Origin: Clostridia bacterium
GTDB taxonomy: Bacteria; Bacillota; Clostridia; Christensenellales; Aristaeellaceae
Reading direction: 5' to 3'
NCBI GenBank assembly: GCA_017476845.1
Contig: JAFUZB010000136.1
Coordinates: 1 to 24,000, forward strand
Length of the DNA: 24,000 bases
Shown: in pieces, positions 7,939 to 16,793 of the stretch
Numbering within the stretch: the stretch's first letter is position 1
Layout of the letters: every line of letters begins with the position of its first letter
Notes under the pieces: model-generated
Database searches by the model: none
What the model was told of the DNA's origin: nothing
The model's input: only the letters and a program-made list of their open reading frames with translations
Made by a program: the position numbers and the translations under genes

Positions 7939-8889
7939 ATGCAAAAGCAGGACAAACCTCCGAAGAAACACCGTTTCATGCAGACACTGTCCCAGCACTG
8001 GCAGATGATGCTCATGGCGGTCCCCGCGATTGTACTTCTGTTCCTGTTCGCCTACATGCCGATGTTCGGCACGATCATTGCTTTCAAACGCTACAAGGTC
8101 AAGCAGGGCATCTTCGGAAGCAAGTGGATGGACCCGATCTTCCGCAACTTCGAGATTCTCTTCCGTCCCGGCTCCCAGGCGCTGATCGCCATCCGCAACA
8201 CCCTGCTGCTCAACCTCATGTTCATCATCGTCGGCACGGTCTTCGCCGTCTTCCTGGCCCTGATGTTCAACGAGCTTCATCGGCAGCGCTACAAACGGAT
8301 CGTCCAGTCGCTTTCCTTCCTCCCCTACTTTATCTCCACCGTTGTCGTCGGCATCTTCGTACAGGCCCTGCTGGGCTATGAAAACGGCACGATCAATGCC
8401 CTCATCTCCGCGGCGGGCGGGGAGAAAATCAACTTCTATGCCAATCCCAACATGTGGCCGGCCATTCTTCTTATCACCAACATCTGGAAGGGTGCCGGAT
8501 ACTCCTCCGTGGTCTATCTCGCCGCGATCACTGGCATCGATGCTACCTACTATGAGGCGGCGCGCATCGACGGCGCGACGCGCTGGGGCGAAATCCGCTA
8601 CATCACCCTGCCGCTGCTCACCCCGACTGTCATTGTCATGACGCTTCTGGCCATCGGCAAGATCATGAACGCAGACTTCGGCTTCTTCTACAACGTGACG
8701 GGAGATAACCCCAATCTCTATCCGACCACCGACGTGCTGGATACCTTCATCTACCGCACGCTGCGCAAGACCGGCGACATGGGTATCTCCAGCGCCGTGG
8801 GTCTGTTCCAGTCCACCTGTTCCCTCATCCTCGTGCTCATCTCCAATTTCGCGGCACGCAGGATCGACGAAGGCTCCGCCCTGTTCTGA
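7939..8889 (+). CDS. Carbohydrate ABC transporter permease (CUT1, LplB-like)
   Basis: ORF 7858..8889 starts at a TTG. I prefer the ATG at 7939 (MQKQDKPPKK...), which has AAGGAGA 8 nt upstream. The protein has multiple hydrophobic spans and the EAA-loop motif YYEAARIDGATRWGEIRYITLP. Confidence 0.9.
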   Translation: MQKQDKPPKKHRFMQTLSQHWQMMLMAVPAIVLLFLFAYMPMFGTIIAFKRYKVKQGIFGSKWMDPIFRNFEILFRPGSQALIAIRNTLLLNLMFIIVGTVFAVFLALMFNELHRQRYKRIVQSLSFLPYFISTVVVGIFVQALLGYENGTINALISAAGGEKINFYANPNMWPAILLITNIWKGAGYSSVVYLAAITGIDATYYEAARIDGATRWGEIRYITLPLLTPTVIVMTLLAIGKIMNADFGFFYNVTGDNPNLYPTTDVLDTFIYRTLRKTGDMGISSAVGLFQSTCSLILVLISNFAARRIDEGSALF

Positions 8890-8907
8890 GAAAGGAGATA
8901 GAGAAAT

Positions 8908-9819
8908 ATGTCTTCACTTCCCACACAGGCACGCCCCCATCGGGTGCACGTGGACGGCTGGCGCATCTTCGCCGCCCTTTTCACCGGTATTTTCGGCCTC
9001 CTCTGCCTTTATCCTTTCCTTCTTGTGATCGCCGGATCCTTCACTCCAAAGGAGGAGGCAATCCGCAACGGATTCCGGCTTTTTCCGGGCTCATGGACGA
9101 CGGCGGCCTATCAGGCACTGTTCATCAACGGCCGCTCCATCGTCAACGGTTATAAGGTGACCGTCTTCGTCACGGTCGTGGGAACCGCGGTCTCCCTGCT
9201 CGTCAATTCCATGATGGGCTGGGTCGTCTCCCGCAAGGTCATGCCGGGCCGCAAGTTCTGGAACTTCTACATCCTCTTCACGATGCTCTTCTCGGGCGGC
9301 ATGGTGCCCTGGTACATCGTGTGCGTCAACATTCTGCATCTGAAGAACACGATCTTCGCCCTGCTGCTGCCGAGCATGGTCAGCGCCTGGAACATCTTCC
9401 TTCTGCGCAACTATTTCTCCTCGGTCCCTGAGGAAATGTACGAGAGTGCGAGAATCGACGGCGCACAGGACTTCCGCATCTTCATCTCCATCTACCTCCC
9501 CCTCTCCAAGCCGGTGCTGGCCACGGTCACTCTCTTTACTGCACTGGGCTACTGGAACGACTGGTGGCTGGGCCTGATGCTCATGGACAACGCGGACATG
9601 TATCCGCTCCAGCTCCTTCTGCGCAACATCGTCTCCAACATCCAGTTCCTGCAGACCATGGAGAGCAATCCCCAGATCCAGCAGATGATGGCCTCCATTC
9701 CCGGAGACGGCGTCAAGATGGCCCTGGTCATCCTGACCACCGGCCCCATCCTGCTGCTCTATCCCTTCCTGCAGCGCTATTTCGTCAAGGGCATCATGGT
9801 CGGCGCCGTCAAGGGCTGA
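8908..9819 (+). CDS. Carbohydrate ABC transporter permease (CUT1, LplC-like)
   Basis: AAAGGAGA lies 9 nt upstream of the ATG. The protein has six predicted hydrophobic spans and the EAA-loop motif YESARIDGAQDFRIFISIYLPLSKP. The gene starts 18 nt after the preceding permease. Confidence 0.9.
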   Translation: MSSLPTQARPHRVHVDGWRIFAALFTGIFGLLCLYPFLLVIAGSFTPKEEAIRNGFRLFPGSWTTAAYQALFINGRSIVNGYKVTVFVTVVGTAVSLLVNSMMGWVVSRKVMPGRKFWNFYILFTMLFSGGMVPWYIVCVNILHLKNTIFALLLPSMVSAWNIFLLRNYFSSVPEEMYESARIDGAQDFRIFISIYLPLSKPVLATVTLFTALGYWNDWWLGLMLMDNADMYPLQLLLRNIVSNIQFLQTMESNPQIQQMMASIPGDGVKMALVILTTGPILLLYPFLQRYFVKGIMVGAVKG

Positions 9820-10009
9820 TCTTGCCCGGTCCCCTTCCCGAAGCACAATTCAGCGGGCACGCCCTGCTCACCGAATGCAAGGTTTCCCTTGGCGCCGCCT
9901 GCTTTCACAGGCAGCGCATGGAATATCCTCCGCTGCGCTTCGGACATTCCCTATTGTGATTCAACGGACCCATGGTCTGTGAAATCAAAATACAAAGGAG
10001 GTACACCTC

Positions 10010-11491
10010 ATGAAACGCATCCTTTCCCTCGCACTGGCGCTCGCCATGATGATGAGCCTGCTGGCCGTTATCCCCGCCGCCTCTGCCGACGACCTCGAGC
10101 ATGTCACGCTGAAGATCATCTTCCCCGGTGACAAGAAGAGCGCAACCGACGAAGTCTGGAACACCATCGCCGAAAAGTATGCCGATCAGCTCAACGCTGA
10201 CTTCGAAGTGCAGTTCATCCCGCTGGATGACTATGCACAGAAGCTGCTGGTCATGGCAGGCGCCGGCGAAAGCTGGGACCTCAACTTTGACTCCAACTGG
10301 ACCGGCTACTACAACATGAAGGCCCAGGAAGCGTACATGGATCTCTCCGAGCTCCTGCCCAAGTATGCTCCCCACCTCTATGAGACCTACCAGGCCTCCG
10401 GCGCTCTGGCTGCCGCCACCGACAACGAGGGCCGCGTGACCGCACTGCCGTGGACCATGTCCATGAACAACCGCACCTTCTTCCAGTGGCGCGGCGACCT
10501 GATCACCAAGGCTGATCTCGGCATCAAGCCCGAAGACATCAACACCACCGAGGACGTGCTGGAACTGTGCCGCGCCCTCAAGGCTGCCTATCCGGACAAG
10601 TACATCCTGGAGAATGTTGATCTGGGCGTTTACCTCATGAAGTATGACCTGTTCGCCATCGACAACGCTTTGGTCATCGACCTGAACGATCCCACCTGCC
10701 AGGTGCAGTTTGTGGAAGACACCGCCGCCTACAAAGAGCGCGCAGAACTCGCCAAGCTCATGCAGGACGAAGGCATCATCTGGGGCGACGTGCTCACCGA
10801 CAAGCGTGACCACAACGACCTCATCAACGAAGGCATGCTCATCACCAAGTGGGGCACCCACGAATTCTCTCACCAGAACCGCGCATGGGTCGAAGAGGAC
10901 GCCTACTGGGATTACAATGACCTGTATGTGGACAACAAGTATGCCAACCGTACTCCCCTGGCCAACGCTATGTGCATTCCGGACACCTCCGACAATCCCG
11001 AGCGCGTCCTGATGTTCATGGACCTGCTGGAAACCGACGGCGAACTCTATGACCTGGTGCACTATGGTATCCTCGGCAAGACCTACGAGCTCACCGACGA
11101 GGGCGAGGCCGTGTTCCCCGAAGGCATGAACGGTTCCAACTCCAACTACATGGAATGGATCGGCCGCTGGGGTCTGTGGAAGCCGCAGTTCATGCGCCCC
11201 GACTTCTCCTACGGTGCCGGTTTCTGGGCTGAGGAAGCTGCCTATGCCGCCTCCAACCCCAACAACGTCATCAACCCCCTGGATGGTTTCTCCCTGAACA
11301 TGGACGCCATCAACATTGAGATCGCACAGCGCAACCAGATCTACGACGACGCCGAGAAGGTGCTCGCAGTAGGCCTGGTGGACGATGTGGACGCCGTGAT
11401 CGCCAAGCTCCAGGCTGACCAGAAGGCCGCCGGACGCGACAAGGTGCTCGCTGAAGTGCAGCGTCAGATCGACGAATACCTCGGCAACTGA
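10010..11491 (+). CDS. Extracellular solute-binding protein of a sugar ABC transporter (family 1, LplA-like, 493 aa)
   Basis: AAAGGAGG lies 8 nt upstream. The N-terminal signal peptide is MKRILSLALALAMMMSLLAVIPAASA/DD. Size, composition and position next to two CUT1 permeases fit LplA-type oligosaccharide binders. No lipobox cysteine is visible. Confidence 0.85.
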   Translation: MKRILSLALALAMMMSLLAVIPAASADDLEHVTLKIIFPGDKKSATDEVWNTIAEKYADQLNADFEVQFIPLDDYAQKLLVMAGAGESWDLNFDSNWTGYYNMKAQEAYMDLSELLPKYAPHLYETYQASGALAAATDNEGRVTALPWTMSMNNRTFFQWRGDLITKADLGIKPEDINTTEDVLELCRALKAAYPDKYILENVDLGVYLMKYDLFAIDNALVIDLNDPTCQVQFVEDTAAYKERAELAKLMQDEGIIWGDVLTDKRDHNDLINEGMLITKWGTHEFSHQNRAWVEEDAYWDYNDLYVDNKYANRTPLANAMCIPDTSDNPERVLMFMDLLETDGELYDLVHYGILGKTYELTDEGEAVFPEGMNGSNSNYMEWIGRWGLWKPQFMRPDFSYGAGFWAEEAAYAASNPNNVINPLDGFSLNMDAINIEIAQRNQIYDDAEKVLAVGLVDDVDAVIAKLQADQKAAGRDKVLAEVQRQIDEYLGN

Positions 11492-11537
11492 TACAATGTG
11501 CTCAACGCGGTCAGGTTATCCTACACCTGAGCGAATG

Positions 11538-11576
11538 GCCGGCGGCGCGCTCTGCGCCGCCGGCATCTTCATATAT
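11538..11576 (+). terminator. GC-rich stem-loop after the binding-protein gene (partial terminator, attenuator or mRNA stabiliser)
   Basis: Perfect 11-bp stem GCCGGCGGCGC (11538-11548) / GCGCCGCCGGC (11554-11564) with loop GCTCT. The tail ATCTTCATATAT is only moderately T-rich. The next gene starts at 11600 with its own TAAGGAGG. Confidence 0.45.
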
Positions 11577-11599
11577 CTCGTCTGCTAAGGAGGTTTCCC

Positions 11600-14191
11600 A
11601 TGAGTTCGCGCATCGAAAAGCTTTTGCGCCAGATGACCCTCGAGGAAAAAATCGCCCAGACCGACATGATCCGCGGCGTCACCCTCGCCACCCGGGCCCA
11701 TCCCGCCCATTTCTGCTCTGTCGACCCGGAAAGTGACTTTGACTGGGACCGTGTCCGCGCCGCCTTCTCGGACCGCGGCATCGGCTTTGTCCACGATGTC
11801 TACTGTGTCCCGCGCGTGCTCAACCGCCTTCAGCACTACTTTGTGGACGAAACGCGGCTCGGCATCCCCTGCATCTATACGGGCGAGGCCCTGCACGGTC
11901 TCTCCTTCCCCGGTGCGACCTCCTTTCCCATGCCCATCGCCCTGGGTGCTTCCTTTGACCCCACTCTTACACGCAAAGTCGGGCGCGCCATCGGGTCGGA
12001 GACCCGCGCGCTTGGCATCCATGAGATTCTCGCACCGAACCTGGACGTTGCCCGCGATCCCAGGTGGGAACGGATGGAGGAAACCTTCGGGGAGGATATC
12101 TTCCTCTCCCGGGAGAACGCGCGCGCCATCATCTCCGGCGAGCAGGGCGAGCGCGCTGACCGGGAGGACACGATCATCTGCGAGCCCAAGCATTACTTCG
12201 CCCACGGCTTTCCGGAATCGGGCCTCAACTGTGCTAGCGCGCGCTGCGGACAGCGCGAGGCGCGCAGCCAGTATCTGCCTGTCTTTGAAGCCGGCGTCCG
12301 CGAGGCCGGCGCGTGGAACGCGATGGTCGCCTACAACAATATCGACGGCATCCCGCTCGTCTTCAGCCGCTACTGGATGACCGATGTGCTCAAGGGCGAA
12401 CTCGGACTACGCGGCTATATCCGCTCAGACTTCGGTGCCGTCAACCGCCTCATCTATGCCCATCACGTCTGCCGCACCCCGAGGGAGGCGATTCGCCTGG
12501 CCTTCAACGCAGGCCTGGACGTCACCGGCTTCGATTTCTCCAACGAAGTCTGGCAGGAAACGATGAAGGACCTTGTCCTCTCCGGTGAAATCTCCGAGGA
12601 GCGCTTGGATGATGCCGTGCGCCGCATCCTGACGGTCAAGGAGGCGCTCGGCCTCTTCGATCATCCCTTCACGGACGAAAACCGCTACACCTCCGTTGTG
12701 CGCTCCAAAGAGCATCTGGATATCTGCCTGGAGGCCGCACGGGAGAGCATGACGCTGCTCAAGAACACCGGTGCCCTGCCCCTCAAAAAGGTCCGGACGC
12801 TCGCTCTCATTGGGCCCAGCAGCAACGCCCAGCGCCTTGGAAGCTACAGCTCCGTACCCTACGGCTACACCGTCCGCTCCCTTGCCGATGAGCTTCGGGA
12901 GGCCCTTCCTAACACCGAGATCCTCCAGGAGGACGGCTGCAGCATCTCCCCCATGGATGCCCGCATGGTGCCGGACACCTGGATTCCCGGCGGCGTCCGC
13001 CTCGCCTTCTACCCGGACGGGAGTTTTTCCGGGAAAGCGGTGGGCGAGGACACGGCCACACACATTCAGTTCAACTGGGGTCTGGCCAAGCCGCACCCGG
13101 ACCTTCCCTTCAACGGCTACGGGGTGCGCATGACCTTCACCCTCTGCCCGGATGACACCTTCTCGGGTTCCCTCTCCCTCCCCGCGTGGGACACCTGCCG
13201 CCTGTATGCGGACGGGGAGCTGCTCCTGGACGGGACGGGTGAGCATACCCGCCGTCCCCTGGTCGCCCCCTTCGAATTTGAAAAGGGGAAGAAAACGACG
13301 ATTGTCATTGACTTTGTCTGCGACAGGGGCGGGCGCCAGGTAGCCTTCAACTACTCCCGCGCAGGCGGGGACAGCATGGAGAAGGCCCTGCGCGCAGCAC
13401 AGAAGGCCGACGCCGTGATTCTCGTGTGCGGGGATGACACCATCACAAGCGGCGAGGGCATGGACCGGCGCGACCTCATCCTCTACGGGGAGCAGCGCGA
13501 GCTCATACGCCGCGTCGGTGCGCTAGGCAAGCCCAAGATCCTGGTGCTGGATGTCGGCAAGTCCGTCGATCTCACGCAGGAGGCCCCGCTCATGGATGCG
13601 ATCCTCGTCGCCTTCTTTGGCGGGGAGCGGGGCGCAAAAGCGATCTGCGAGGCCCTGCTGGGTAGCCTCTCCCCCAGCGGCCATCTGCCCGTCACCTTCC
13701 CCCACACCGTGGGCGAGCTCCCCTTCTACTACAGCCAGCTTCCCGGGGGCAGCGCAGACTATCTGGAGGGGCACCGCGAGCCGCACTGGCCCTTCGGGTT
13801 TGGGTTGAGCTACACCACCTTTGCCCTCACAGACTTTACGGCATCGCCCGCAGGCGACACGAGCTGCGTGATTGCATTCACCGTCACCAACACGGGAGAT
13901 CGCCCCGGCACGGCCGTCCCGCAGGTCTACGTTGAGGATCCCGTCTCCTCTGTGGTCACGCCCGACCGCCGCCTGGCCTTCTTTACCCGCGTGCCCCTGG
14001 AGGCGGGCGCCTCCACGCGCATCACGCACACCCTCAGTGCCGAGGCCTTCCGCCTCATGGACGAGCAGTGCCGCTGGCGGGTGGAGGGCGGCGAGTTTGT
14101 TCTCCACCTGGGGCAGCACTGCCAGGACGACGCGCAGTCCGTCTCCGTCACGCTTCGGGGTGATACCTTCACGGAAAGGGAAAATGTATGA
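11600..14191 (+). CDS. GH3 beta-glycosidase (BglX-like) with an inserted PA14 domain and a C-terminal Fn3-like domain, cytoplasmic
   Basis: GH3 N-terminus MTLEEKIAQ, then LGIP...GEALHG and the nucleophile region GYIRSDFGAV. A PA14-like insert reads VRLAFYPDGSFSGKAVGEDTATHIQFNWG...CRLYADGELLLDG. The C-terminal segment FGFGLSYTTF is followed by a beta-sandwich. There is no signal peptide. Confidence 0.92.
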   Translation: MSSRIEKLLRQMTLEEKIAQTDMIRGVTLATRAHPAHFCSVDPESDFDWDRVRAAFSDRGIGFVHDVYCVPRVLNRLQHYFVDETRLGIPCIYTGEALHGLSFPGATSFPMPIALGASFDPTLTRKVGRAIGSETRALGIHEILAPNLDVARDPRWERMEETFGEDIFLSRENARAIISGEQGERADREDTIICEPKHYFAHGFPESGLNCASARCGQREARSQYLPVFEAGVREAGAWNAMVAYNNIDGIPLVFSRYWMTDVLKGELGLRGYIRSDFGAVNRLIYAHHVCRTPREAIRLAFNAGLDVTGFDFSNEVWQETMKDLVLSGEISEERLDDAVRRILTVKEALGLFDHPFTDENRYTSVVRSKEHLDICLEAARESMTLLKNTGALPLKKVRTLALIGPSSNAQRLGSYSSVPYGYTVRSLADELREALPNTEILQEDGCSISPMDARMVPDTWIPGGVRLAFYPDGSFSGKAVGEDTATHIQFNWGLAKPHPDLPFNGYGVRMTFTLCPDDTFSGSLSLPAWDTCRLYADGELLLDGTGEHTRRPLVAPFEFEKGKKTTIVIDFVCDRGGRQVAFNYSRAGGDSMEKALRAAQKADAVILVCGDDTITSGEGMDRRDLILYGEQRELIRRVGALGKPKILVLDVGKSVDLTQEAPLMDAILVAFFGGERGAKAICEALLGSLSPSGHLPVTFPHTVGELPFYYSQLPGGSADYLEGHREPHWPFGFGLSYTTFALTDFTASPAGDTSCVIAFTVTNTGDRPGTAVPQVYVEDPVSSVVTPDRRLAFFTRVPLEAGASTRITHTLSAEAFRLMDEQCRWRVEGGEFVLHLGQHCQDDAQSVSVTLRGDTFTERENV

Positions 14192-16545
14192 GTACCATTC
14201 TTCACTATACAAAGCCCGCCAACACTTGGGGTGATACGCTTCCCATGGGTAACGGCCGTCTCGGCTGCATGGTCTACGGCCACGCCGGCATCGACCGCAT
14301 TCAGCTCAACGAGGACTCGCTTTTCTACGGCAAATTCATTGACCGCAACAACCGCGCCACCCTGGAAAAGCTACCCGAGATCCGCTCCCTGATCTTCTCC
14401 GGCCGCATCCAGGAGGCCGAGGATCTCATGAACCAGTACATGATCGGGGCACCCATGACCATGCGGCACGTGGAGCAGCTGGGAGAGATGGACATCGCGG
14501 TAGGGCAGCACACGCCCTTCACCATGGGCTGGCTCCCCAACTCCGAGGAGGCCTCGGACTACGACTGCACCCTGGATCTCATGACCGGGGTACACACGCT
14601 CCGCTTTACCCAGAGGGGCGTACGCTATGTGCGCGAGATGTTCGTCTCCCACCCGGACAATATGCTCGCCCTGCGCATCCGCGCAGACAAGCCCGGGAGC
14701 CTCGACCTGGACGTACAGCTCGACCGCTGCCGCATCTACGATGAGCGCGTACCTGATCACCGCCGTCCGGGCCACGAGAGCCGCGGCGGTGGATGGGCCG
14801 GCATGATGCTGGACGAGAACCACACCCTGGATGCGGTGACACTCATGGCCAAGGGCAATGCTGCCGGCACGCACTTTGCCACCGTCGTGCGCATGCATTC
14901 CGACGGAAGCACGGAGAATCCCTACACGCAGCTGCGCACACGCGGGGCCACGGAGGTCACCTTCTACCTCGCAGCCGACACGGATAACCGCGAACCCGAT
15001 CCTGTTTCTTCTGCCCTAAGGCGCGTACAGGCCGCAGAGGAAAAGGGCTTTGACGCCCTCCTTTCGGATCATGTGCGGGACTTCTCCGCTCTCATGGAGC
15101 GGTGCGTCCTCACCCTCGGGGAGGCCTCTCCGCTTCCCACCGACGAGCAGCTGGAGGCCGCCCGGCGCGATCTTTCCTTCTCCACCCCGGACATGGCCGC
15201 CACGCTTTTCACCTTCGGGCGCTACCTCATGGTCAGCGGCGGGCGGGAGGACAGCCATGCCCTCAACCTGCAGGGCCTGTGGTGCAAGGAGTTCATTCCG
15301 CCCTGGGACTGCAAGTACACGATCAACATCAACACCGAGATGAACTACTGGCCCGCCGAGGTCACGAATCTGAGCCCGATCCACTTCTCCATGTTCTCCC
15401 TCATCCGGAAGATGTGGGAGAAAGGGCAGGACACGGCGCGCATCATGTACGGCTGCCGCGGCGCGGTATGTCACCACAACACCGACATCTACGGCGACTG
15501 CGCACCCCAGGACGTCTATCCCGCCGCCACCTGCTGGGTGCTGGGCGGCGCCTGGATGGCCCTGCACCTCTTTGAGCACTATCGCTTTACCCTGGACCTG
15601 GACTTCCTGCGCGAGTGGTATCCGGTCATGCGCGACTTTGCGCTCTTCTTTGTGGACTTCCTGGTGGAAAACGAGGACGGCGAGCTTGTCGTTGTCCCCA
15701 CCGTCTCCCCAGAGAACCGCTACATCCTGCCCGACGGACACGACACCCCTGTCTCCGCCGGCTGCGCCATGGACGCGCAGATCCTGCGCGAGCTCTTTAC
15801 GGATGTCCTCTCCGCCATGGAGCTCCTGCACCTCTCCGATCCCCTGCAGGCAGATTTTGTGCGCTGCAGGGAAAAGCTGCCCCGCGACCGCATCGGTTCC
15901 AAGGGCCAACTGCTGGAATGGCTCCGGGAGGTCCCGGAGATGACCCCCGGCATGCCGCACATCTCCCACCTCTATGCCGTCTATCCCGGCTTTGACATCA
16001 ACTGGAAGGATACGCCGGAGCTCCTCCGGGCAGCGCAGACCTCCCTTCGCATCCGCAGATCACACCAGGACCGCTGCAGCGGCTGGCCGCTTGCCTGGTA
16101 CATCTGTCAGCATGCGCGCATGCAGGACGGCGCACAGGCCGGTGAGGATATCCGCCGCATGGTCTGCGCAGGAAAGACGCGCAACTACCTCGCCGGCTGG
16201 GACGATCTGTTTCAGATCGACGGGAACCTCGGCGCCGTCGCCGGCATGGCGGAGGCCCTCGTGCAGAGCCACACAGGGCTTGTGCAGCTTCTCCCCGCCC
16301 TCCCCGAGAACTGGCCCTCCGGCCGCGTCATCGGTCTTCGCGCCCGCGGCGCCCTGACCGTGGACCTCACGTGGGATGCACGCAGGCTCATAGAGGGCAG
16401 GATCACCCCTGACTTTGACGGCACCATCCGCATTGCAGGGGACGCGCTCACCGTCACCCTGGACGGTGAAACCGTGTCCGTCCTCCAAGAAGACGGCAGC
16501 TTCGCCTTCCGCGCTCTGGGCGGAAAAACCTACATTCTCAGATAA
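14188..16545 (+). CDS. GH95 family glycoside hydrolase (alpha-L-fucosidase / alpha-L-galactosidase type), cytoplasmic
   Basis: The start ATG overlaps the GH3 stop (ATGA at 14188-14191). The GH95 N-terminal signature is YTKPANTWGDTLPMGNGRLGCMVYG...IQLNEDSLF. The catalytic-core motif is NLQGLWC...PPWDCKYTININTEMNYWPAE. There is no signal peptide. Confidence 0.9.
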   Translation: MSTILHYTKPANTWGDTLPMGNGRLGCMVYGHAGIDRIQLNEDSLFYGKFIDRNNRATLEKLPEIRSLIFSGRIQEAEDLMNQYMIGAPMTMRHVEQLGEMDIAVGQHTPFTMGWLPNSEEASDYDCTLDLMTGVHTLRFTQRGVRYVREMFVSHPDNMLALRIRADKPGSLDLDVQLDRCRIYDERVPDHRRPGHESRGGGWAGMMLDENHTLDAVTLMAKGNAAGTHFATVVRMHSDGSTENPYTQLRTRGATEVTFYLAADTDNREPDPVSSALRRVQAAEEKGFDALLSDHVRDFSALMERCVLTLGEASPLPTDEQLEAARRDLSFSTPDMAATLFTFGRYLMVSGGREDSHALNLQGLWCKEFIPPWDCKYTININTEMNYWPAEVTNLSPIHFSMFSLIRKMWEKGQDTARIMYGCRGAVCHHNTDIYGDCAPQDVYPAATCWVLGGAWMALHLFEHYRFTLDLDFLREWYPVMRDFALFFVDFLVENEDGELVVVPTVSPENRYILPDGHDTPVSAGCAMDAQILRELFTDVLSAMELLHLSDPLQADFVRCREKLPRDRIGSKGQLLEWLREVPEMTPGMPHISHLYAVYPGFDINWKDTPELLRAAQTSLRIRRSHQDRCSGWPLAWYICQHARMQDGAQAGEDIRRMVCAGKTRNYLAGWDDLFQIDGNLGAVAGMAEALVQSHTGLVQLLPALPENWPSGRVIGLRARGALTVDLTWDARRLIEGRITPDFDGTIRIAGDALTVTLDGETVSVLQEDGSFAFRALGGKTYILR

Positions 16546-16561
16546 CACATCAGATAACACA
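16538..16561 (+). repeat. Perfect 12-bp tandem duplication TCAGATAACACA x2 spanning the GH95 stop codon
   Basis: 16538-16549 and 16550-16561 are identical. The GH95 TAA (16543-16545) lies in the first copy and is repeated in the second. Confidence 0.9.
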
Positions 16562-16659
16562 ACCAAGAAAGGCACAAGCCATGTCCGCAAACTACTCCTT
16601 TGAACTCAACCTCTTTGCGGAGTGCGGTCCCCAGCTCTCCACATAAATTGAGAAAGTCA

Positions 16660-16773
16660 GTAGCATAGTTGTCGTGTCCCCGGCTCTCTTTCGTAACTCA
16701 ACAAGTTAGGTACCGTAGTTATCACGTGCCGGAAGTTCGTCGGCATCCTCAAAGTATATGTATCATAGTAATC
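16660..16773 (+). repeat. Three direct 14-bp repeats (GTAnCrTAGTwrTC) spaced exactly 50 bp apart
   Basis: GTAGCATAGTTGTC at 16660, GTACCGTAGTTATC at 16710 and GTATCATAGTAATC at 16760. Ten of 14 positions are identical in all three. The first two 50-bp units are 26/50 identical overall. Confidence 0.75.
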
Positions 16774-16793
16774 CATTTGGTTCTGCAAACTTC

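Noticed and set aside
9091-11062. 251-aa and 385-aa ORFs on the minus strand (9091-9846 and 9905-11062)
   Set aside because: They lie antisense to the second permease and the solute-binding protein. Their His/Asp/Gly/Val-rich composition is shadow-like and they have no RBS.
12425-15969. Minus-strand ORFs inside GH3 and GH95 (12425-13246, 13523-14212, 14371-14898, 15016-15969)
   Set aside because: All are antisense to genes with clear GH3 and GH95 signatures. None has a domain signature of its own.
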